This document shows, one piece after another, positions 18,071 to 25,689 of a stretch of 40,213 nucleotides of DNA (its first letter is position 1; each line of letters starts with the position of its first letter). Position numbers and translations under genes: made by a program. The stretch covers positions 1 through 40,213 of IMG/VR virus record IMGVR_UViG_3300019874_000012, one strand, 5' to 3'. This DNA comes from a virus. Taxonomy: Duplodnaviria; Caudoviricetes. Below the pieces are notes generated by a model. That model had not been told where the DNA came from and searched no databases. It worked only from the letters and a program-made list of their open reading frames with translations.

Positions 18071-18669
18071 AAATTATAATAGAAGGAATTCCAATCCCAC
18101 AAATCAGAATGCGCCATGCAACATTTAGAGGATTCACAACTACCTATGATCCAAAGGCTAAGGAAAAGAAAGCTATTAAACAAACTTTAACTTCAAAAGG
18201 TTTAGATGGCACTTACGATTTTCCTAGGGTATCTTTTATATTCTATATGCCTATTCCTAAATCATTAACAAAAAAAATGATATCATTATATCAATCCGAA
18301 AGGCTAAAGCATGATAAAAAGCCCGATGTGGATAACTTAATCAAACTTTATTTAGATTGTATGGATGGTATCATTTTGCAAGGGGACCAAAAGGTTTCTC
18401 TTGGCCCTTGCATAAAACTATATAGCCCTAATCCGCGTACAGTTATTTGGATTAATGAAACGGCAAGCATAATCACACCGCAAGAGCTTGATTGTACATT
18501 TCTTTCCGTTGAAGAACGCGATATACCGTCATTTTCTGAAGAGGTTTACCTTCGCGATTGGAATATCCTTGGGCATTCAGCTCATTTGCAATGTCTTGAT
18601 AACTTAGCCCCTGTTTGTGCCATTCAATCATTAAAAGGCATGCAGGATATTCCTTTTCATCGGGTATAA
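18067..18669 (+). CDS. rusA: RusA-family Holliday junction resolvase
   Basis: I.G.PIPQ.RMR, FYMPIPKS, KKPDVDNLIKLYLD..DGII..GDQKV motifs. Confidence 0.9.
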   Translation: MKIIIEGIPIPQIRMRHATFRGFTTTYDPKAKEKKAIKQTLTSKGLDGTYDFPRVSFIFYMPIPKSLTKKMISLYQSERLKHDKKPDVDNLIKLYLDCMDGIILQGDQKVSLGPCIKLYSPNPRTVIWINETASIITPQELDCTFLSVEERDIPSFSEEVYLRDWNILGHSAHLQCLDNLAPVCAIQSLKGMQDIPFHRV

Positions 18670-19186
18670 GTTTATAAGCTTTACCTGTCGATCTAACCTT
18701 TTCCCTTTTCTGGATAATGGTTTCATCGGTTTTATAGCCATACCAAGTAGTGCCCACTTTTTCCATCATGGCTTGTTTTCTTCTTAAGCCTGTTTGGGTA
18801 GTTTTTCTAATGCTCTCTCTTTCCATTTCAGCAACCATAGCAAAAACACAAATGATAGATTTATCAAGCTTTGGCTCTTGGATGGAGTAAACATTTACTC
18901 CCTTCCTTAGTAGCTCATTGTATATAACAATCATTTCTTCGCTGTCTCTGGCTAGCCTATTCATCTTGTAGACTATCAAAGTATCCCCACGTTTAATAAA
19001 TTCACGCATGGCCTTTAAAATTGGCCTGCTATCGGGGCTTAATCTAGTACTTGTTTCTGGCTCATCAAATTCTATGACTTCATCACCTTCTTTTCTAACT
19101 GTCTCAACATGATTGCGACATTCCCATATTTGATTTTCTGTCGTTTGCATGCTGGTAGATACTCGACCAAATATTATGTATCTCAT
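18473..19186 (-). CDS. Serine recombinase (resolvase catalytic domain plus short recombinase DNA-binding domain)
   Basis: GRVSTSMQ (catalytic Ser), SRP, GDTLIVYKMNRLAR, AEMERESI, YGY, GLSYQDIANELNAQGY. Confidence 0.92.
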   Translation of the reverse strand: MRYIIFGRVSTSMQTTENQIWECRNHVETVRKEGDEVIEFDEPETSTRLSPDSRPILKAMREFIKRGDTLIVYKMNRLARDSEEMIVIYNELLRKGVNVYSIQEPKLDKSIICVFAMVAEMERESIRKTTQTGLRRKQAMMEKVGTTWYGYKTDETIIQKREKVRSTGKAYKLIPDEKEYPACLLMIEWHKQGLSYQDIANELNAQGYSNREGKPLQKMTVYRVLQRKEMYNQALAV

Positions 19187-19911
19187 ATTTCATCATCCAA
19201 AAGGTTAACTTTGTTTGTATTACGCCAATTATTTATTTCCATTAGCATCTTGGCATAATCTGTAGAGGTTGCTTTTACCGTGCATCTTTCAACCATCTTA
19301 GAAAGATTATCCATCCATTTTTCATCGTTAAAATCGGGGTGCTTTACCAATTTCAATAAAGGATTCCAAAACTTTGATGTGTTTGTATAGATTGAACTGC
19401 CATTCATTCTCTTTATATAATTTATTGTTCTCCAACAAACATCTACTTCACCTGCAAAAATTTCATTTTTAAACTTATAATCTCCAGATTTAAATGCCTT
19501 ATAAGCGCGGTCACTAGAATTAGACGTCATTCTAAAAGCTACTCTTAATTGGAGATTGTTTTGCTTCATGAATTGTTGAAGTTTTAAATATTCTGGATAG
19601 TGATTTTTAGTGAAGAAATTCATATAATCATGAATGCCCCATGATTTGGCAACATTTAGAGTAATGATGTCTAAAGGGTTTAATTTTTTCTCTACTCGGT
19701 AATATACTTCAACACCTAAACTTTGAGCTGCAAGAAATCTATGTTGCCCGTCTATTATTTCCATATTTTCATTTACGATGATAGGACGCATTTCTAAAAG
19801 ATTTTTAGCTTGGATGGATTCAATTAACCTTTTTACATGAGATTGATTGATAGCTGAGCGGTTATCGGGTCTAAGTGAAAACTTACTGTAGTCATTTGTT
19901 TTATCAATCAT
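19183..19911 (-). CDS. ParB/Srx-like N-terminal domain protein
   Basis: NR.IN..HVKRL..SI...PIIVNENMEIIDGQHR motif. Confidence 0.85.
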   Translation of the reverse strand: MIDKTNDYSKFSLRPDNRSAINQSHVKRLIESIQAKNLLEMRPIIVNENMEIIDGQHRFLAAQSLGVEVYYRVEKKLNPLDIITLNVAKSWGIHDYMNFFTKNHYPEYLKLQQFMKQNNLQLRVAFRMTSNSSDRAYKAFKSGDYKFKNEIFAGEVDVCWRTINYIKRMNGSSIYTNTSKFWNPLLKLVKHPDFNDEKWMDNLSKMVERCTVKATSTDYAKMLMEINNWRNTNKVNLLDDEI

Positions 19912-20230
19912 TAGATAATTCCTTTATTTTATCGATTAATATTTCAATTTGCATTTCTAAATTTTGTATACGTTCTTTGTATAAAAAAACTTTAGGCACA
20001 TTCTTATTTAATTTATGTAAATTATTTCTCTTTTCAAAATTAGCTAAGTCGCTTCTATTTTGAGCATCATCGGCAGTATATGAACTACGCCCACCGTTTA
20101 CTCTGACTTCAACTACTACACAATTCTTACTCCTATTTAATTTCCTAGAAATTTCAGAAAGGCTAAGATTTTCATTTATTAACTTTTGGATTAGCTTTCT
20201 TTCTTTGAAGCTTAAACGGGTTATGCTCAT
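19904..20230 (-). CDS. HTH DNA-binding protein (IS30-type N-terminal HTH, no transposase core)
   Basis: LSFKERKLI......LSLSEISRKLNRSK..V..EV..NG....Y.A..AQ. Confidence 0.75.
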   Translation of the reverse strand: MSITRLSFKERKLIQKLINENLSLSEISRKLNRSKNCVVVEVRVNGGRSSYTADDAQNRSDLANFEKRNNLHKLNKNVPKVFLYKERIQNLEMQIEILIDKIKELSND

Positions 20231-20231
20231 C

Positions 20232-20558
20232 TTATTTATTTCTAGATTTTCTTGTTAACTTCTTAGCTGCAAGTATTTCATTAGCAGTAAGTTGAGCAAG
20301 AATGTTTTCAAACGTAAATCCTTCGGGCAACAATTCAAGTATGCTTTCGGCTTGATCTTGATAAAGTTTATTTAGCCTTTTGCAATCCCAAATGATGGTA
20401 TTACCTCTACAGTCTTGATCTTCCTTTAAAATGCCTAAATGCACGGCCCTTTCATGAAAAGATTGCAAGGTTTTGATAGAAATCATTCCAGTAATTAAAG
20501 CGCATAAGTAGTCCTCTAATGACTTCATTTTAGAAGCCTCAACGAATTTCAATTCCAT
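20232..20558 (-). CDS. Hypothetical protein
   Basis: 108 aa ORF in the leftward operon. Confidence 0.6.
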   Translation of the reverse strand: MELKFVEASKMKSLEDYLCALITGMISIKTLQSFHERAVHLGILKEDQDCRGNTIIWDCKRLNKLYQDQAESILELLPEGFTFENILAQLTANEILAAKKLTRKSRNK

Positions 20559-20724
20559 GTTTACCTATTAGCCTTACAATTTCTTGAATATACAACCTAG
20601 ATGGTGTGGATTGCCCGTTTTCCCATCTACTAATCGTTACAACTGTTGCGCCTAAAGTGAGCGCAAATTTAGCTTGTGTCATGCCTAATTTAGTTCTTAT
20701 TGCAAGAACTTCTTCTTTCTTCAT
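20539..20724 (-). CDS. XRE-family HTH regulator
   Basis: IRTKLGMTQAKFALTLGATVVTISRWENGQSTPS. Confidence 0.9.
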   Translation of the reverse strand: MKKEEVLAIRTKLGMTQAKFALTLGATVVTISRWENGQSTPSRLYIQEIVRLIGKHGIEIR

Positions 20725-21041
20725 GGATTCCTTTCATTTAAAATCTTAAATAGAGATGATGCTTGTCTAGGTTTAAACATATGATCTATTTCCATAAATT
20801 CCCCTTCACCATTCCATCTACCTAATAGATCTTGCATAAGGGTGTCTAAAACTAAAACCTCTTTTGCTTCATTAACCAAAATAACTTTGCATTCGTTCTC
20901 ATCGTTGGGATTGATGGCCAAAATATAGCATTCCCAACAAGAAAGAGGGTCGAAGAGCTTAATTTCAGCATTACAAGCTAAACATTCGGCTTTATCTCCC
21001 CAATTGTCTTTTAGTTTTTGGGTGGTCGCTTCATTTATCAT
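20721..21041 (-). CDS. Hypothetical protein (DUF2958-like)
   Basis: KLFDPLSCWECYI and E.D..F.P pattern; family call from recollection. Confidence 0.5.
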   Translation of the reverse strand: MINEATTQKLKDNWGDKAECLACNAEIKLFDPLSCWECYILAINPNDENECKVILVNEAKEVLVLDTLMQDLLGRWNGEGEFMEIDHMFKPRQASSLFKILNERNP

Positions 21042-21243
21042 TTCGGGCCTTTTCTAATGCATATAGCCTATAGTGAAAATCTTTCATCTCATCATGTATT
21101 GCTCTAACTAATTCTCTTGTCGACTCAAGCTTGGTATCCATATGCCTAATATCGGCGCGCGATTCGGCTCTATTCCATAAAAACAAGGGGATAATCAAAG
21201 CCCCATTGCCTACAATTAAAGCTAAAATTGGTAGAAAATCCAT
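21031..21243 (-). CDS. Small membrane-anchored coiled-coil protein (EMKDFH-RL family)
   Basis: TM segment followed by HDEMKDFHYRLYALE; AGGAG RBS. Confidence 0.75.
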   Translation of the reverse strand: MDFLPILALIVGNGALIIPLFLWNRAESRADIRHMDTKLESTRELVRAIHDEMKDFHYRLYALEKARNDK

Positions 21244-21308
21244 TGTGTTACTCCTTGTTTAAAACCATCATAATAAAAATAAATATGACTACTGGCGGTA
21301 TATACATG

Positions 21309-21560
21309 TTAAGTTTCCTGGTTAAAAAAATCGAAATCCGCAGAGTAAACCCAAAATAACTGTTGTGTTTCAGGATGTAATAAAATCATATTAAATCCAT
21401 CGGGGTTATCTGTTTCGATAAACGAGGTAGGATCTTCAGAATCTAATTGCATACATAAGAATTTTAATCTTTGCCATTCTTGTATAGTAATGCAAATAGA
21501 AGCTCTACAATAGTCTTCATCCTCAATTAATTCATGTCTTATTTTTGCGTAAGTCCTCAT
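21309..21560 (-). CDS. Hypothetical early protein
   Basis: GAGGAGG RBS before MRTYAK (ATG 21560). Confidence 0.65.
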   Translation of the reverse strand: MRTYAKIRHELIEDEDYCRASICITIQEWQRLKFLCMQLDSEDPTSFIETDNPDGFNMILLHPETQQLFWVYSADFDFFNQET

Positions 21561-21561
21561 G

Positions 21562-21873
21562 TTATTCCTCCTCTCGGCATTCATAACAGCCATCGTCATT
21601 TAATTGACAATCTTCTTGAAATCCTTCATGTCCACAATTTGGGCAGTTATGCCACATTTCCAGATCATCACCATTCATCATAGCCGTTTGAAAATCGCTA
21701 TTTGTAAGAAATACATTTCCACTGTTTTTATTCATCATGCATGTTACCTCATCATCAAAGAAATTATCGGGTAAACCTTGTTTTTCCCACGCATTAAGCA
21801 AATCTACGAGCATCCCTCTTTCTCTTGAGCCGAAATGTGCTAAATTTGTAGTTGTTATTTCTTGGGTTTTCAT
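21562..21873 (-). CDS. Hypothetical early protein with C-terminal Cys motifs
   Basis: Start MKTQEI after a GGCGG leader; CPNC and CYEC. Confidence 0.65.
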   Translation of the reverse strand: MKTQEITTTNLAHFGSRERGMLVDLLNAWEKQGLPDNFFDDEVTCMMNKNSGNVFLTNSDFQTAMMNGDDLEMWHNCPNCGHEGFQEDCQLNDDGCYECREEE

Positions 21874-21874
21874 A

Positions 21875-22048
21875 TTAAACCGCCGTTTGATAAATTTGTT
21901 TACAGTCTTTTTCACATAGGTAAACGCTTACTTCATATGAATTCTTAGCTTTAAATTGCTTGGCAGCTTCCAATTGAGCTTTATAAGAAGATTCTGCGTA
22001 TACTTCTATTTGCTTGTTTTTATACAGTGCAAGATATCCATTTTTCAT
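21875..22048 (-). CDS. Hypothetical early protein
   Basis: Start MKNGYL after a GAGGCGG leader. Confidence 0.65.
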   Translation of the reverse strand: MKNGYLALYKNKQIEVYAESSYKAQLEAAKQFKAKNSYEVSVYLCEKDCKQIYQTAV

Positions 22049-22049
22049 G

Positions 22050-22265
22050 TTAAACCGCCTCGTAGTAATATTCTTCACAGTCAATCAAAGAATCGTTGAG
22101 ATCTAGTTTTATCAATGTACCCCATTCAAAATGTCCGCTATCTAAACCACTTTTAAGCCATTCAATTGCAGTATTTTTGTTAAGCCATGATCGCTTAGAA
22201 GTTAAAGGCTCTCCACCATTCATTTTCATCATCACTTGATATTTTGTCTTATCTGCTATTCCCAT
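22050..22265 (-). CDS. Hypothetical early protein
   Basis: 71 aa, GAGGA RBS. Confidence 0.6.
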   Translation of the reverse strand: MGIADKTKYQVMMKMNGGEPLTSKRSWLNKNTAIEWLKSGLDSGHFEWGTLIKLDLNDSLIDCEEYYYEAV

Positions 22266-22293
22266 ATGTCCTCTTATTTGTTTTGTGTTATAT

Positions 22294-22455
22294 TTAAGGC
22301 AAAAGAGTTATTTTACCGCATTCAACCTTAAGTTCATTTATAGGCAATTCCTTGCCATCTATCTGAATGAAAAAATCAAATTCATCATGCATCATTCTGG
22401 ATAGCAATCCCGCCAGTTCATAAATGTTGTAGCTCTCATAATCTTCTTGTTTCAT
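22294..22455 (-). CDS. 53-aa hypothetical early protein (absent from the ORF track)
   Basis: MKQEDYESYNIYELAGLLSRMMHDEFDFFIQIDGKELPINELKVECGKITLLP; leader nearly identical to that of 22050..22265. Confidence 0.65.
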   Translation of the reverse strand: MKQEDYESYNIYELAGLLSRMMHDEFDFFIQIDGKELPINELKVECGKITLLP

Positions 22456-22560
22456 ATATCCCCTTATTTGTTTTGTGTCTTATAACCCTACTCGCCTTTC
22501 CACTTGACCATGAGATCTTATCACCATGAGTTACACGGGCTTTCTTTGTTATACGCCTAT

Positions 22561-22680
22561 ATTATCACACTACAACATTTATACACAACAAATAAAATAG
22601 CTTTACTTTCATCTATCTCCCACATAACCAACATTTTAAAATAATTAGTTGACAAAGAAATATCGTATATCCCATGATCC
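22561..22680. promoter_or_regulatory. Divergent promoters between the early operon and terS
   Basis: Minus strand TTGTGT-N16-GATAAT with TGn extension near 22561-22590; plus strand TTGACA (22649)-N18-CATGAT. Confidence 0.45.
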
Positions 22681-22806
22681 CATATAATCATACTTGATAT
22701 AGCCACCGCCGGCTTTGAGGCGGGCATAAAGGTTTTACATCTAATAGGCAATACATCAAGCTTGATTACTTATCGTTGCTTGTTAGGTGTTTTTTAATGA
22801 GGTTAC

Positions 22807-23226
22807 ATGGCTGGCTTTCCTACTGTTGCTAAAGGTAATAAGATCGGCGAAAAGGCTAAAAGACCTAAACCTGGAATGCCATTTGATAAAAAAATTATCG
22901 AAGATCTCATAATCACTCACCAAGGTAACCTGTCTAGGGCTGCCGATGCATTAGGGTCTAGTAGGGGTGCTATTAGGAACTTCGTTGATAGACATCCTGA
23001 TGTGCAACAATTATTAAAAGATCAAAGAGAAAGACAATTGGATACGTTAGAACAAAGTTGCTTTGATAGAGCTATAGAGTCTAATGATACCACTCTTCAA
23101 CTGTTCTTGTTAAAGACACAAGGCAAATCACGGGGTTATGATCAAGATGAAGCTAAGAATGCAGCTAAGGACATAGCTACAGCAGCCTTTGACTTCATAG
23201 TGAGCAAGAGCAAGCAAGCTACATAG
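22807..23226 (+). CDS. terS: Terminase small subunit
   Basis: HTH GNLSRAADALGSSR, then LDTLE......I...DTT..LFLLKTQGKSRGY, characteristic of TerS; GAGG RBS. Confidence 0.75.
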   Translation: MAGFPTVAKGNKIGEKAKRPKPGMPFDKKIIEDLIITHQGNLSRAADALGSSRGAIRNFVDRHPDVQQLLKDQRERQLDTLEQSCFDRAIESNDTTLQLFLLKTQGKSRGYDQDEAKNAAKDIATAAFDFIVSKSKQAT

Positions 23227-23650
23227 CAGTGTGAGGACATCATGTGCCTCAACACATACCCTACAACCTACATAACATATACATCTACCTAGTAACAACA
23301 TGAACATGGCGTTACACTAGGGTCCCATCCAACCTTTGGAATGCTAGAAAAGATGGTAGGGGTGCAACCTTAGTTAGAACCGTTACCTGTTATATCTATA
23401 TCTCATGCCCTCTCTCACATTCAACCCTACTTTACAAACAACAAACTCTTTACAACTTGCAAGCTGAATAACTGAATAAGGCGGATAGAAAATTTCCAAC
23501 TAAACAAAACCTTTACAACATCTACCCCCTACCATTTATATGGTGGAAAAATTTACCTTGTTGAAAATGACATAAAAAAACTTTAGGTAAAATTTCCTAC
23601 AGAAAAATTTTTATGGATGGTAAATTAAGTATTTACAAGATGGAGGATGT

Positions 23651-23824
23651 ATGGATGGATATGGGCTGGAGGATTTGCGGAAGATATTTGAAGGTCATGC
23701 CTATGAGTATAGTAATAGCCCGAAATATAAAGAGGATGACTTCAATTTGGCTATGGCGTTAAAGAATATTGTTGAGGAATTGATGATGTTAAAGAATGCT
23801 GACAAGATTGATCCTGAGTCGTAA
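23651..23824 (+). CDS. 57-aa hypothetical protein (absent from the ORF track)
   Basis: GGAGG RBS; MDGYGLEDLRKIFEGHAYEY...DKIDPES. Confidence 0.6.
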   Translation: MDGYGLEDLRKIFEGHAYEYSNSPKYKEDDFNLAMALKNIVEELMMLKNADKIDPES

Positions 23825-23894
23825 AGCAATTATTTTGCTTGGCAGATATTGTGAAAAAATATTTACTACTGTTTTTTGGATTTAACAAGAGAGG

Positions 23895-24119
23895 GTGAAG
23901 ATGAGTGAAGATTTTCAAGATGAGCTGAAAGAATTGATGAAGTTATATCAAGGGAATATGAAGGCGCATAAAAACAGTATGAAAGATATTATTCCCGTGA
24001 TGGTTCATTATATGGAGAATTTTTGTAAGAAATTTAATGAATATAGTATTGCAGAAAATAATTTATTATGCTTGAAAACAAAGTTAGGTTGTAAAGATCA
24101 GGACGGTGAAGATGAGTGA
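23895..24119 (+). CDS. Hypothetical protein
   Basis: 74 aa ORF, GAGAGG RBS. Confidence 0.55.
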   Translation: MKMSEDFQDELKELMKLYQGNMKAHKNSMKDIIPVMVHYMENFCKKFNEYSIAENNLLCLKTKLGCKDQDGEDE

Positions 24120-24333
24120 GATTCCTATGCATCAGAAGAAGCAATATTTGTTGATGATTGATGAGGTTGGCATGGCTATGTTGGCTAGATTGATGCCGTG
24201 TTTGGGGTTTGTTCCTGTTGAGGGGATGCCTTTAGATAATAATCCTGGTTATCAGGTATTGGTGAGTGCTTTATCTAAACCTGTTGATCCTGTTGTTTTA
24301 GAGGCTAAACCTGAAGAGTTTGTTGTGCAGTGA
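24106..24333 (+). CDS. Hypothetical protein
   Basis: 75 aa ORF; shares the GGTGAAGATGAGTGA start sequence with 23895. Confidence 0.55.
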   Translation: MKMSEIPMHQKKQYLLMIDEVGMAMLARLMPCLGFVPVEGMPLDNNPGYQVLVSALSKPVDPVVLEAKPEEFVVQ

Positions 24334-24338
24334 TATTT

Positions 24339-24386
24339 TAGCGGTTCCTTTTAGGAATGTAATATGCGCTATAACGCGTACCGCTA
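24339..24386 (+). ncRNA. Small three-way-junction RNA element
   Basis: TAGCGGT/ACCGCTA closing stem enclosing TCC-TTTTA-GGA and ATGCG-CTATAA-CGCGT hairpins. Confidence 0.5.
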
Positions 24387-24389
24387 TTT

Positions 24390-24518
24390 GAGGTGATGGC
24401 TGAGTGGCTTAAGGCGACCTTCTTCCAGTAACAAGGAAGATAAATTGGCTATAGGCTAATAGGTGAGTCTAGGGGTTAAAATCCCTGGGCTTCATATGTT
24501 CGAATCATATTTACCTCA
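24390..24518 (+). ncRNA. tRNA-like RNA with type-II body and branched insert in place of the anticodon arm
   Basis: Acceptor GAGGTGA/TTACCTC+A; U8-G9; D arm GCT-GAGTGGCTTAA-GGC; T arm ATATG-TTCGAAT-CATAT; ~12-bp variable arm 24465-24492; ACCT/AGGT stem enclosing two hairpins; no encoded CCA. Confidence 0.85.
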
Positions 24519-24521
24519 TTT

Positions 24522-24624
24522 GACATGAGCCTAATAGAGCAACCATATTTTAGCGGTCTTACTGAAAGGGAAGCGCGATCACAGGGGCACGTGACACTCG
24601 TGCCAATAGCTCATGTCTTTTTTT
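24522..24624 (+). ncRNA. Structured RNA element closed by a 9-bp stem and followed by a U tract
   Basis: GACATGAGC (24522-30)/GCTCATGTC (24609-17), internal GGCACG-TGACACT-CGTGCC hairpin, then TTTTTTT. Confidence 0.55.
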
Positions 24625-24634
24625 AGGAGTTGTT

Positions 24635-24856
24635 ATGTTATGTGATAATTGTTGCTCTGATATGCATAGAGCTATATCTCTATTGCAAGGTAAAACAGTG
24701 CTTAAGATTGTATATGAATGTGAAGGTGGAGATTGTGATATTCAATTGAAAGAGCGGTTATATAATTATTACAATCAATTGACAAAGAAAGATCCGACTC
24801 TAAAAAATAAGACCTATTATCTTAACGGACAAAAAGCTGATTTGGACAATTTATGA
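24635..24856 (+). CDS. Small Cys-containing hypothetical protein
   Basis: AGGAG RBS; CDNC...CxxxxC; ATGA overlap with the SPFH gene. Confidence 0.6.
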   Translation: MLCDNCCSDMHRAISLLQGKTVLKIVYECEGGDCDIQLKERLYNYYNQLTKKDPTLKNKTYYLNGQKADLDNL

Positions 24857-25689
24857 TAAGCCTTAGAAACAAAATAACTTTACTTTCCCTTGGATTATTG
24901 TTTTTTACTTGGTGTATGTTTTTTAAAATGATCTCTCCTGGATATGTTGGAGTGGTTGTTGATATGCTGGGTGATAATAAAGGGGTAGAGGCTAAAGAAT
25001 TGCATGTGGGGATGCATTGGATTGCACCTTGGAAAAACGTTTATGAATTTCCTATATTTGAACAAAATAACACTTGGGAAGGAGATCATGAAGGATTTAA
25101 TTTTCAAACTAGCGAAGGAATGGCTGTATCTGCAGATATCGGCATTACATATCATCTTAGACCAGAATCTATCCCACTTATTTTTCAAAGATATAGACGT
25201 GGAATGGATGAAATTACTAATGTTTTTATTCGCAACTATATTAGGGATGCTATCAATAAGTCTGCTTCTAAGACAGCCATTGAAGATTTATATTCAGGAA
25301 AAGAATTCTTCTTTGAGGATGTAGAAAAACATGTTAGGGATGATTTATCGCCTATTGGCATTGAACTTACTAGAATTTATCTTATCGGTAGATTTCACTT
25401 TCCGCAAAATGTCATTACTGCCTTAAATGCTAAGATAGAAGCCATGCAGAGGGCGCAACAAAGAGAAAATGAACTACGGGAAGCAGAAGCAGAGGCTAAA
25501 AAGCAGATTGCTAAGGCAGAAGGGCAGGCAAAATGTGCTATCCTTCAGGCAGAATCAGAAGCTAAAGCTAATTTAGTGCTGGCTAAATCCGTTACTACAG
25601 AATTAATTCAATGGCAAGCCGTTCAGAAATGGGATGGTAAAATGCCGCATGTTACTTCTGGAGCCATGCCATTTATTGAGGTGAAATAA
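24853..25689 (+). CDS. SPFH/Band-7 (prohibitin-like) membrane protein
   Basis: N-terminal TM, PGYVGVVV, G.HWIAPW, FQTSEG..V.ADI.ITY, AEAEAKKQIAKAEGQA coiled coil, KWDGKMP. Confidence 0.93.
   Translation: MISLRNKITLLSLGLLFFTWCMFFKMISPGYVGVVVDMLGDNKGVEAKELHVGMHWIAPWKNVYEFPIFEQNNTWEGDHEGFNFQTSEGMAVSADIGITYHLRPESIPLIFQRYRRGMDEITNVFIRNYIRDAINKSASKTAIEDLYSGKEFFFEDVEKHVRDDLSPIGIELTRIYLIGRFHFPQNVITALNAKIEAMQRAQQRENELREAEAEAKKQIAKAEGQAKCAILQAESEAKANLVLAKSVTTELIQWQAVQKWDGKMPHVTSGAMPFIEVK

Noticed and set aside
19904-20230. IS30 transposase / insertion sequence
   Set aside because: Only the N-terminal HTH is present; no DDE domain, terminal inverted repeats or target duplication seen.
24390-24518. Calling it a standard tRNA-Ser/Leu/Tyr, tmRNA or group I intron-containing tRNA
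   Set aside because: There is no single 7-nt anticodon loop on the anticodon stem, and the insert is only ~31 nt, far too short for a tmRNA or self-splicing intron.
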